A stretch of 63,839 nucleotides of DNA, the filler included, from Hyphochytrium catenoides (Eukaryota; Protista; Hyphochytriomycota): NCBI GenBank assembly GCA_900088475.1. It is 5 parts of 5 records of this genome, joined end to end, with 100 filler letters (N's around TTAATTAATTAA, not from the genome) between each part and the next. Parts side by side here need not be neighbours in the genome. Positions count along the whole stretch, not along the records: positions 1 to 27,328 come from FLMG01004473.1; 4 more parts are not named here. One strand, written 5' to 3'. Every line of letters begins with the position of its first letter. Position 1 is the first letter of the stretch. A program made the translations under genes and the position numbers. The notes beneath the pieces were generated by a model that saw only the letters and a list, made by a program, of their open reading frames with translations, did no database searches and was not told the origin of the DNA. This document shows positions 1 through 10,966 of this stretch, in pieces.

Positions 1-1023
1 CCGCAAGAAAAGCACATCGTAATGGAACATCAGTTAGACTTACTCGTCCACATGAGACAGGACAAACCCCTTGGTTGTCGTTTTACTGACCCTAACTCTA
101 ACTTTTGAAGGTAATAAGAAGGGCTATCAAACAAGGTTCATTATTATTATTGAAAAAGCTCTACGAGCTGTCGTGCTATTTGTTATTGTAAACACTCGAT
201 GTCAATAAATAGCGAATGGCTTTTTCTCTAACAAAAACTCTATTACTACTACTTGCACTTTTATACTGTCTCTTGGTGGCAACTCTCTCTCCCAGTTCGT
301 CATGCTAGGAAGAAGCGGTAGGCGGCTCAAAAAAAAGCCGACTCTTCCTCTCCTCCTCTCATGATTCATCTTTCTTCTTATTACCCTTCTTATTGTTATT
401 CTTTGCCTCCTCCTTTCTTCCCTCCTTGCACTTAACTTCCGTTGTTGTTGGTCGAACTCTGGCCTTGCTAATTCCTTCCTACCCTCGCTCCTTGCCTGAT
501 GAAGAGTGCTATTATGGTGATGATTGATAAGATAATTGGCATACTAATACTTCGCCTGCTTCTGCTCTCCCTTCTCCTCTTCTTTTCTATTTTTTAAAAT
601 TCTCATCTTTATAATACTTATCTCTTTCCCTAATTACTGTTACTCTGCTCCTCGTTGCTTCTTGGATTGATTCTGTAACAACTCGTTTCTCGCCTTTGAT
701 TTGTATTGATAAATGTGCCGGCGCGGAAGTCTTCTTCTGGAACCTTATAACATATAATGATCCAATGACGTTCATTGTTCTTCAGCCAGCTCTCGAGTTC
801 GTTGGAGGTGTACTCGTCTCCATTGTCGGGCCTTAGAGCCTTCTTCAGACCCTTCCTCTGCTCGTTCTCTGTGAGAGTGATGACAAAGTTCTTAATATTG
901 ATATCTATCAATATCAGACTATCGTTGGAATGATTAGAGCTATGCGCAAGACTTCTGATCTTCCCAAGAAGTTCTGGGCGGAGGCTCTAAACTGTGCCAT
1001 CTAAAGATCTGCTGAATCGCCTG
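1..1023. mobile_element. Degenerate, rearranged Ty1/copia retrotransposon relic (integrase fragments, possible RT fragment)
   Basis: Minus strand ~775-900 encodes IKNFVITLTENEQRKGLKKALRPDNGDEYTSNELESWLKNN (copia integrase LRSDNGGEY motif). Plus strand ~912-1023 encodes YQTIVGMIRAMRKTSDLPKKFWAEALNCAI..LLNRL (LPxxFWAEA..A.YLxNR motif, frameshifted). Minus strand ~45-150 has weak RT-like NEPCL / GFVLSHVDE. Confidence 0.75.
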
Positions 1024-1977
1024 AACCAGTTGGACTAGAAGAAGGCATGATGGTTCCCATCATGGAGGCGGCGCGGTCGGGCCACCGTGTCTACTACTTT
1101 CTCTCACTTTTATGGTATGATGGACTCACAACAAGACGCTGCGACGACGAGCACGAGGACCCGTTAATAACGACCTGAGTCACCTGACACAATTATTGGT
1201 TGCCAGTCATCATGACCCGAGCTTCTGGACTGGGAGCGCCTGTCAAGAGCAGGTCAAGGGAACATCCACCCGTCCAACCCTATTATTCCACATTCTTTAT
1301 ACAGTCACTTTGTACGAGTAGGAAGGAGCATTCTTATGAGAAATGTTCATGTACAGCTCACCGAACCACAAACATCAGCCAACGGCGTCGTACACCCTCT
1401 GGCTTTTTCACAGTTGATAGAACCAACTGACTGATGGACGTATTCCGGCTTTTATTCTAAGGGAAGGCTTGAACAGTAGTTCCTAGATCAGGAGAAGGAG
1501 CTGTCACCCATGTACAGTAAGCCGCAACTCTACTAATAATAACAAGGGCTTGGAAGAAGGAATAACAATAGGTCTACTGCCAAAAAGTCTGCATGTAAGT
1601 TGAAGAACGACGGTCTCAACATCACGGCATCTCATACAGAACCCCCGATGGATGACCTAGAGAAGAGGGAAGTTTGATGTCGTGCTGTCGCCTGTCTCGG
1701 CTCTCTTCGCCCATCAGCCAGCGGCGCGCATGATCAGCGAGGAGCTCCTGAGCCCTACTATAGATCTACATGCTTCACAGCGTCCCGAAGTCTATATTCT
1801 ATAGCGTCGCGCAGCCAGTGCCACGACCCACCCTCCGTGTCTTTTCTGGACAGGAGTCGGGCGCCGCAAACCCACCAAGCGCCCCTGGCGACTGTGGCGG
1901 TTGGTGTCCAGGCCCGTTAGCTAGTCCTGTTGTGGCAAGCGCTTGGACTCTTCTCGAGGTCATACGATTTTTTGAAG

Positions 1978-4558
1978 ATGTCGTCAGGACAGAAGGAAAC
2001 GCAGCCAGAAGCGGAAGTCGCCGCCATGATAAACAAGAGTCCAGATACAGGAGCTGGCAGCATTGAGCACCCACCTGCCCTCGAGCTGACAGTAACAGCG
2101 GCAGCGGACGATCAAGTGATCGAAGGAGAGAGTACCCTGGCTGAGACCATCCCCGGGGAACTTGAGACGAGATCTACTGCTGCACAGTCACATCCGCCAC
2201 AGCAGATCAACGAGCTAGAGCCTTCTTCCCGAGCTACCGATGGATTGGAGCCCTCATTAGAAACTATTAAGCTCCGTAGTGGTCCCGACAACGCTGGTGG
2301 GACCACTTACGAAACGCAAGAAGCTCAAGATGGGATTCCAGCTGTTGATGCCACTGCTACTGCTATAGACCGTGGTCAGGTGGAGGGAAGGGAAAAGAAG
2401 ACCAAGGAAGTTGCATCCACTGAGGCTCAGCAAGTGCAAGCCGGGCCAGCAATCGTGGTAAGAGCTTTCATATAATCTCCCCTCCTTAAGCTACCATCCC
2501 CTGACCGTTCCAATCGCTGTCCGTCAATGCGCTCCCGCAGGAACTTGCTTCGCAGAATGATTACCTCATGGCTGGCACGTCTGAGCCTGTCTTACTGAGA
2601 TTTAGCTCAGAAGGGCTGCACTGTCAGCCTGGGAAGAAGAAAAGCATCCAGTACCACATAGAAGGCAAGGCACATATGTATAGTTGCGCTCGCAAGATCT
2701 AACAACCCCCGTTCCTGGGTCTTGAGCACGACTCCTTTCTCCATCTTATGCTAACTTCTCCAACAGATATTGTGGGTGCATCCATCGGAGATGATATGCG
2801 GTCGCTTGTCATCCATTGTTACCCTCGCAAAGGGAAGTCAAGAGTTCCTGTCGATGTTCGGCTAGTTCTGCGCTCGACCTCTAGTCCCGAACTACTCTCT
2901 AAGTGGCAAGCGCGGATCTTGAATACTCTTTATTCTCCGCAGAACATAGAAAGCGCCGACTGTCCAAAGAAATATGTGCGTTATATCAAGCTCTTCTGCA
3001 GCCAATTTTCGTCATCGCTCTCTCTCCCTCTTCCTCTTACAACCATGTAGTATCTAGTAGTCTTGGGTTCTGCCCTCAACAATAGCTGTCCGCTCGGGTC
3101 ACTTCTTATGTATGCTTCCAGAGAAAATTCATCTCTGGTCAAGCGCCTTCTCATCTCTCTCACCACAAATGCCCCTTCCTTATCTACCATATTCACCACC
3201 AGCGCGTCTATGTCGTCGTGAATCCTATCGGCGGCAAAGGTAAGAAATGAATCTTGTTACGGCGGCACTATTGGCAAGCCCAATCACGAATGTTTGTTAT
3301 GCAGGGCAAGGAATAAAGATCTGCAAGCAGATTGTGATACCATTGTTTACAAAGGCGCACATGGACGTCACTGTCGCAGAGACACAGCGCGCAGAGCACG
3401 CGGTAGCCCTCGCTAGAGATCTGGACCTCGCAAAATACGACGCTATTGTGGCGGTGGGAGGAGATGGAGCTCTATGGGAAGGTGATGAATACATTCGGAG
3501 CAAGGTCAGTCGGCAATATTCAACAGACGTCTAATCTGAATATCTATAGTGATTCAAGGGCTCTATGAACGCCCTGATTGGAAGACGGCTCTGCGTATGC
3601 CTGTTGGGGTAAGCTACCATGCAAGGGCAGGTGTTGTCCTCCTGATAAGTTAACAGACCTGTAGGTGGTACCAGCGGGGTCAGGAAATGGCTTGATTGTC
3701 TCCCTGATGCATGCCCTAAACGAACCGAGCTTGAAGGATGCCACACTTGCAGCGCATATGCTCTCCAAGAGAGAGACTCACCCTATGGACCTCATGGTGG
3801 CAGGTAGGCAGCCTTTATATTCGCGATGGGTCTTCGCTGCGTCTAACATGCCACCTTCGGACCTTTAGAGACGATGGACAAGCTTTACTGCGGGTTTCTT
3901 GGCTTTGAGTGGGCCTTTATTGCAGACGTAGACATTGGCTCCGAGAAGTATCGGTACCTCGGAGGAGCAAGGTTTAGCGCGGCAGCTGTCATGAAGCTGA
4001 TGGGACTGAAGAAGTACCGAGGAAAGCTATCCTATCAGGAGTTGGACAACAGTGAGGCCAAGCCTTACTGGGAGACGGCCTCTGAACAGGACAATCTCAA
4101 GTGCTCTCCACTCCCTCCGCTTACCGCGCCCGTCCCGGAGTCATGGAAGACCCTTGAAGGTTTACATTCTTATTTATTATCGTGGTTCAGAACCATTGTC
4201 GTGCTTGCTAACCTCATATTTAGGGGACTTCATCAATTTTTGGGCTGTCAGCCCCAGTCATTGTGCATCGGATGCATTCACAAACCCTGGTGGGAAGCTT
4301 CACGATGGAAATCTCACCCTTCTGATACAGCAGACTGGAGGTAGGGCCGCTCTGAGCTCAATGTTTATGGGGCTAGAGAAGGGCGAGCATTTGAAGCAGA
4401 AACATCTTAATGTTGTTAAGACAAGGGCGTTCAGACTAGAGCCAGAGAGTGGTCTTGTCTGCATTGATGGAGAGCTCCTTCCCACTGCACCCGTCCAAGT
4501 TCGAGTCTACAGTCAGGTTATTAACCTCCTTGCACGTAGCCAGCTGTACAAGTCCTAG
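1978..4558 (+). CDS. SPHK: Sphingosine kinase (DAGK-catalytic family), multi-exon, with low-complexity N-terminal extension
   Basis: Spliced exons give RVYVVVNPIGGKG, YDAIVAVGGDGALWE, VPAGSGNGL, FLGFEWAFIADVDIGSEKYRYLGGARF and CIDGE, the conserved sphingosine kinase blocks. Stop TAG at 4556-4558. Confidence 0.92.
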
Positions 4559-4605
4559 TCCATAGTGTTACTAATAATAGAGTTACAAGATCTCAATTGC
4601 TGCCA

Positions 4606-7600
4606 TCAATCAAAATCCTCTTCATAACCAGCCTCACTTATTGCAGCAGGAGAGGCAGGTGTCTGCAGTCCGCCCTGCTTCTGACTGTCGACTATGTTCT
4701 CTACTATTATGCCCTGCTCCTCTGTAGGGCCCACAGTGCTAGCCTCCACCAATTGGTCTAGAACAATTTTGGTTTTTGGGTTGGTAGGCACCAACGTTTC
4801 CTGGATAGGCGCTGCTGAAGGTGGCTTGAGACCAGTCTCCTCTGTCATGAAATCTTCGCCATAAATATCCGCCTCCTCCCCCCGATCTTGTGACCTTAAC
4901 TGATGATCTTCTCTTCCTTTCTCGTTCGCCCGAGCATTCCCTTCCTCCACCTCTAGAGTTTCCTCATTACCTATCTCGTGATTGACTGTACTACCTGCCA
5001 AAGATGCCTGACCAGGATTCAGGATTGAAGACACTTGGGAGGGTCCTTGCGGAGAGCACTCTGAAGGTCTTTCTGAGTGTGATGATGACGAAGATATAAC
5101 TTGGTCTGTCGGGGCGATGAAGTCGTCTTCATAGGAGCTGCTTGCTTCCAAGTTCTCTGGTTCTGGACCCTCATGACTAGATTGCCCCCTTTTTGGGGGT
5201 TCATAGCTTGGCTCTATTGAGTCACTTACTGGCTTATGATTGAGGCCTTCAGGACGGTCATCCATGCTATCCATACTTGGCGCTTGCGGGTGTGTAGCAG
5301 TGCTGTTTGCAGAAGCTTCATGACCAATAAGGTGCGCTGGATCCTGTGTTGAATCTGTCCCATTGGACAACCCAGAGGAGTGGAGGAGGTGATCCTGAGG
5401 ATCATCATATTGACCCTCAGCGATAGAGTTTTCCTTGAAGTGGCCACCTCTAGATTCGAGAGGGTCACCCTGTTCCGTTCTTCTCCATTTTGGTAACTCG
5501 CTCGCGGCATCACTTGAAGCGACTGCCTGTTGGAGATCTGGTGCTTCTGTTACATCTGCGATGGTTCCTAGTGGCTCACTTTCTCTTCGTGGTGGTGCAG
5601 GCGGTGTGCTATTGTCAGCCTTTACTGAAGGCTCAGCCGTCACTTCCTCTTCCACTTTTTCTTCTTCTACTCTTGGCTTCACTTCCTTCACCACATGTTG
5701 CAGCCATAAGCGAAGTGCACGAGTGGCGACTGGCACATCGTCCATTGTTTCAAGCTGAAAGTGTTCTGACTGCATAAAGCGAATGACTGCGTCCCACTTG
5801 GTAGAAGATGTGCCCTCTTGCTTACTTTGCAATGTTTTTGCCTGCTGTGCCAGTCGCAGGAGGATATTCTCATCTTGCAACACAGTTTTAGCAGTCGACC
5901 AGATAAGGGGGAACTCTCCTAGTGCAGCGCAAACCGCTCCAAGCACCGCTGTCGTAGATTTTGAGGGTGTTCCAAGGTGTAGGAGAGGAATGACCTCTCT
6001 CCTAGACAAGAAGATCGAGGTGTGAATCTCTATTTCTGTATCCAAGTCCTTCTCGCTGCCGGCATTCTTGACTATAGTAGCCTTCGAGGGGTTAGGATCT
6101 TGCGATGTGCTCAAAGAGGTGTGTTGACTTAGACTCTTTGGTCCATCGCTTCCTGTGGAGCTTAGTCTGGCCTTCTGCTTCTCTCTCATAGAAGGGGTTC
6201 CTGGTCCTAGATTCCCAGCAGCATGACTGCCTTCTTTCATTTCGAAGGCACTACATCGTGAGCCTAGAAGCCTGCGGTCCTCCTTTTGTAAGCATGGCAC
6301 AGCACCTGACTCTTTGTGCTTACAGGAAGCGTCGCCCTTGGGCTGATCCTCACAATTCAGCAAAGGTTCTCTATGAGCCTGCGAGGGGCTCGATGCTGGT
6401 CTGTCCTTCATAGTTGGCGACTGATTGGGGAAGCGATGAGGACTCTTCTTGCAAGGACTGCGCGACATCGCGCCGGGGCTCCTTGACTTGGTAAGCTTGA
6501 CTGTGTACGGCGCTGCTATTTCCTGTTCAGAAAGTGAGTCAGAAGGAGGGAGAGAGGAGATGACGAAGTGAAGATAAAGGCAAGTCTGGCAGCTACCCGG
6601 ACAAACTCTTCTATCTCAGCCAGGGGTTTCTTCTTTTTCTTCTTAAGGTTGCTGTCATGCACGACGGGTGCTCGAGCTTGAGCACTCTCTTGGAGCTTTT
6701 TGATCCTTTCTGTGTGTGGGAGAGCAGAATGGTCTGATTTAGGAAGAAAGCACCATAGTACATATATGTTTGAGCGCGAGACCTGCGGTGATGCGGCGAA
6801 GCTCCTCCTGATCTCTTTCCCATTGTTCTAGGAGCTTATTCTGTTCAGCCTTCCTCTGCCTGATTTGCTCATCTTTCTGTCTTTTCCACGCCAGATATGC
6901 CCCAGAGTCTGTTGTAAAGCTGGAGTGTCAGTGCTGGCATGTCGAAAAAGAGGTCATCTCGGGTTCGTTCAATACCTTGATTACTGCTCTTGCCTTTGCT
7001 CTTGGTCTGAGGTTCCTGTTGCTTTTCTACTGATTGTGCTCTCTTTGGAAGATAGTCGAGCGAGAAACGACAGAGACGTGGGAGTTAAGGAGAGATAGAC
7101 TAAGAGCTCTGGATAAGGAAGAGTTCCGTAGGGCGGTACAAGACTAGAAGAAGAATGAGAGACCAAAAAGCACCTGCTCTCTAAGCTGCTGGTCCTTCTG
7201 CATTTTCCATGCTCTCCAAGAGGCTTCGGCTTCCTCCTTTCTCTGCTTGTCCTCCTTTGCTGAGCGACGGTCCGGTGAAGACTCATCAACATTTCCGCTA
7301 TGTAGAGTGGGCAGCCGGCCCGTCCCTACTCGGCTGAACGTAAGTTGAGAAGATTAGTTTGGCATAGGAAGAATTGTACAAGATCCAACTGAGACGCGGA
7401 CCTGAAGGTAGACTTGCCCCTTTGAGGATCCTTGGCCCCGCCAGACGGACTGGCCGGTGAGATGCTTCCCGAAGCCAATAACTTATGACCGACTGCTGCA
7501 GGAGAAAGAGGAGCCTTGGCTAGAAGTTGCGCAGGCTTGTCATTGGTTGCTCGTACAATTGTCCAGCTCTCGGTCACATCCCTTACCTGCCACCGCTCTC

Positions 7601-7701
7601 ATTGCCTCCTGCTCTTTCTTAGGAATCAGCACCAGCTGCTGATAGACCTCCATATGAGACACGCGCTGGCGGGAGCCCGCTGGCTCTGCTGTCGGGATCA
7701 T
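4606..7701 (-). CDS. Uncharacterised multi-exon protein with WKxQKD charged repeats, a dynein-stalk microtubule-binding-domain-like region and acidic YEDDF motifs
   Basis: A 620-codon terminal ORF (4606-6468) plus upstream exons that I could splice in frame with GT-AG introns from ATG 7701 (MIPTAEPAG...) through ~6780; the last joins were not traced. Confidence 0.7.
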
Positions 7702-8119
7702 CTTGAGAATTGAGATTGTTCGTCCTATTGATGAGTGGCGCTGCTGGTGGAATTAGTGGTTCACGTCAAGGATATGCCATCACAGCTGCCGCTGGAGCTT
7801 CCTGCACCAGCTCGAAAAGGAAACAGGCAGAAAGGCCAGCACGGATGGACAGAGGGCGGGGGGCCGATACTGCAGCCCCTGCCTCATTGTACGCACTCCA
7901 GAATCATCCTCCGGCCCGCCAAGCTGCAGCCCCGGATTTAAAGTCTAGAGACAAGAGCCATAGCCAAGATGTCGTCCGGAAGGAGCTGCGGAAGGACAGA
8001 ACAACCGAGTGGCAGCCGAGCAGCACTCACCCGCGGGAGAAAGCAGAAAGATCATGGAAGGTGAACAGAGGTCGAAGACAGAAAGACTTTTAGACGTAGA
8101 CTGGGTGAGATGGACGGAG

Positions 8120-8339
8120 AGGTAGGAGAGAGAGAGAGGCCCCGAAGCGCTTTAAGATGTAGGGAGAGGACATATAGAAGCAACTTGAGACAGAAATGTA
8201 GTCAGAGAAATGAAAGACGAGATAGGAGAAGAGAGAGAGAGGGATGCGGAAGAGAGGGAGAGAGAAAGGTGAGGGAGGAGGAGACAGATAGCGAGGCAAG
8301 AGAGGAGAGAGAGAGAGCAATGCAGAAGAGAGGGGGGAA

Positions 8340-8372
<33 letters not shown>

Positions 8373-8381
8373 GAGAGAGAG
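8120..8381. repeat. Imperfect (GA)n/(CT)n microsatellite in the divergent intergenic region
   Basis: GA dinucleotide runs visible directly, most perfect at 8340-8381. Confidence 0.85.
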
Positions 8382-8753
8382 TAGGATTATTGATTTTCCT
8401 TTGAATGCCAAGAAAAGAAGAACAAGAGTAACGCCTTTTCTAGCCGTTAGCGACCTCTGTCGTTTGGGAAGCAAGGTGAAGGGTGAAAGGACACACTGAT
8501 GCCTCATCGGTCAGGCGGGAGAGTGATGATGCTGCAAGGACATATTGCCAGATGTCCACGGCAAGAGCAGACGAACAAGGTCGTCTCTAGACTCTTTGGC
8601 TATCCTGGATGGCTTTAGGTCCTTATCAAGCATGGGCAAAGCTCTAGTTCGGTGCCTGATAATGGTTACCATTGCTTAATGATGTGACTGAAGCATGCGG
8701 CGAATCAGGAAGCGGTGAGGAGCACAAGGACGCTTCCTTATCTGTCAGAGAAA

Positions 8754-9374
8754 ATGGTGAGAGTCAATGACATTCTCATCCCGGCACGCTTTGCACTTAC
8801 GATGGGGCACTTCTGGATGATGTGCGTCCTCCAATTCACTAAGGTAGATATAATCCTATGTCGGGCAAGTGCGTCCGCGCGCTAAGGTTTGACTTATCAT
8901 AGGAGGACACAGTAGCCGCTAGCCTAGGCCCTGGCTCTAGTGCTGATGATAAGCAGCAAATATTGCACTCGATCCATGGCGCATCTTTTATCTCATTTCT
9001 ATCGTTTGCGCTGGACTTCATGGGCTTGTTCTCTGGCGTCTCTATGTTCTCTAGCAAGGTAAAGTGTGAGGCTTTCGGGGCTTCCGACATACCGTGTCCG
9101 ATAATCTGATAGATCGCAATGCAGATCAATAGCTTTCAGATCCTCTGCCACTTTCTTGGTGGAATCTTTACATCCTGGTTGATAATCTACGAATGGAATT
9201 TCCTTTGCCTATGGTAAGTCATCAGTCTGAGCTAACAAGAGCGCTCCAAGTCCACGATCGCTAATCATTTAATATGAGGACAGGCTGATCTGCCTCGGGT
9301 GCAATCTGCCAACAGCTTTCGTCGAAGTGTGGAACCTCTTCTATATCTTCGTCCTCAAGCTCAAAAAGTACTAA
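8754..9374 (+). CDS. TMEM107: Transmembrane protein 107, ciliary transition-zone (MKS module) protein; 4 exons
   Basis: Spliced product MVRVNDILIPARFALTMGHFWMMCVLQFTK/EDTVAASL...FALDFMGLFSGVSMFSSK/...QILCHFLGGIFTSWLIIYEWNFLCLW/LICLGCNLPTAFVEVWNLFYIFVLKLKKY* parallels TMEM107 (LVPSRFLTL.AH, GFLSGVSMF, WE, LP..E, LKKKPF). Missed by the ORF track because the exons are short. Confidence 0.9.
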
Positions 9375-10966
9375 AACCCTCAGGAGAAGGCGAGGCCATA
9401 CCAGGAAGCAGAGAGAAGATGTCTTATTGTTAAGGTTGCTCCAGCCACGTCCAGCAGCTGCTGAAGGGCTACCAAGGCACTTCTAGAACCTTCTCACTTC
9501 CTTCAGAGGTTATCTGGGAACTCTACCACGGAATATTTATGTGGTCGGCTACGAAGGGCTACGATCTGAGCGATGAACGCGCAATAAGACCTCCAGACTT
9601 GCCCTCATTAGCTGAGCTTGCACTATCAATGCTTCACTACAGGCAAGACAAACTCTAGCTTGACGATGGCTCGCCGGCAACGAGCTCTTGTGCGGCGGAA
9701 GTTAATCGATGCCATAGGACGTATCCAGTTCCCGGTCTCAGCACTGATCTCTCTCTCTCCATAATATCGTCATCAAGGAACTTATAAAGATTTTCACCTC
9801 CCGTTTGGCCGGTTTGACAAACAGTCTATAGTTAGTAGGGCTGCATATCTGTCAGACCGCAAAGAGTCATAGTTCCTGGAAGTCTGGCAGACATCATGCA
9901 GCCAGAGCGCGAAAGAATGCCCCTACTAGAGACTAAGACCACCCATTCCCTCATTCATGCGGCTGCAAGTGGGCAGATAGGGTAAACTTCTTGCCGGACA
10001 AGCCTTACAGCGATTAAAGTCCTGCAAACAGCTCCTACTACCTGCTCACGCTGCAGAGCGGCTCATCAATACCTTCCGCTTCCATCTCCACCTCGCCATT
10101 CGAAGCTCGCCCATTGTGCCATTGCCGGCTGCCTACCATCCGCGGCGCTTTCTGGCGCCCTGGCGCCTTTCCTCTCCGCGCCAGCGCTAATAAGCTAGGC
10201 CTCTCAAGCGAGAAGAAGAGCTTTGCTCTCTATGATTCTGTGCTGTACCTGTACAAAAGACCGATAACAAAATGAACCATACAATCTGAGGATTGTGCGC
10301 ACTTCACTGTCCAAAAGAACCCCAAAAGACAGAGCGGAGTATTTCTAGTACATTTTCTCCTTGTATATCTCATGATCTAGACCTTAGCGGTTTAGGATCA
10401 GGTTCTGTTACCTTCCACTACCGCACGCTGTTCCGTACCTTTAGGAACGTTGTCAGAACATCATTCAAGGCAGAGAGGAGGTAAGCCGTTGCTGCGTGGA
10501 GCGTGGAGTGATGGTTTGGCCCTTGCTGAGAACAATGTCCGTCTCGAGGAAGAGAAGATAGAGCGGAGCATCATCTCATCATTGGCCTGCTGGAAGGATG
10601 GCCACAAAGAAGGACTGTTGATTACATAGAGTCCAAGACTCTGTCCAGCAGATGCTGTACGGCCGTCTGGTTGGCAAGCATGCCAAATGAAGCATCGTGA
10701 GCTCTCAGAAGAGGCGAGAGAAGACGGTGACAGACAGGAAGAAGCAGACAGTGTCGGCATTGATTCCAAAGGGCGCTTCGACATCCGTGCAGTTAAACTA
10801 GGATTAAACCAGATGGCCGGTTAAGCTCGTGCTCACGACCTTGACAGGTCTTAGACGCTGTTGCTGAATTGGACTGCTGGCCTAAACGGCCAGAACCCTG
10901 AATTGAAGCTTGCGTCCTGAGCTGGCGCTTCCTGTGTACTATAAGCGAAGGGCTACAATTAGAAAC

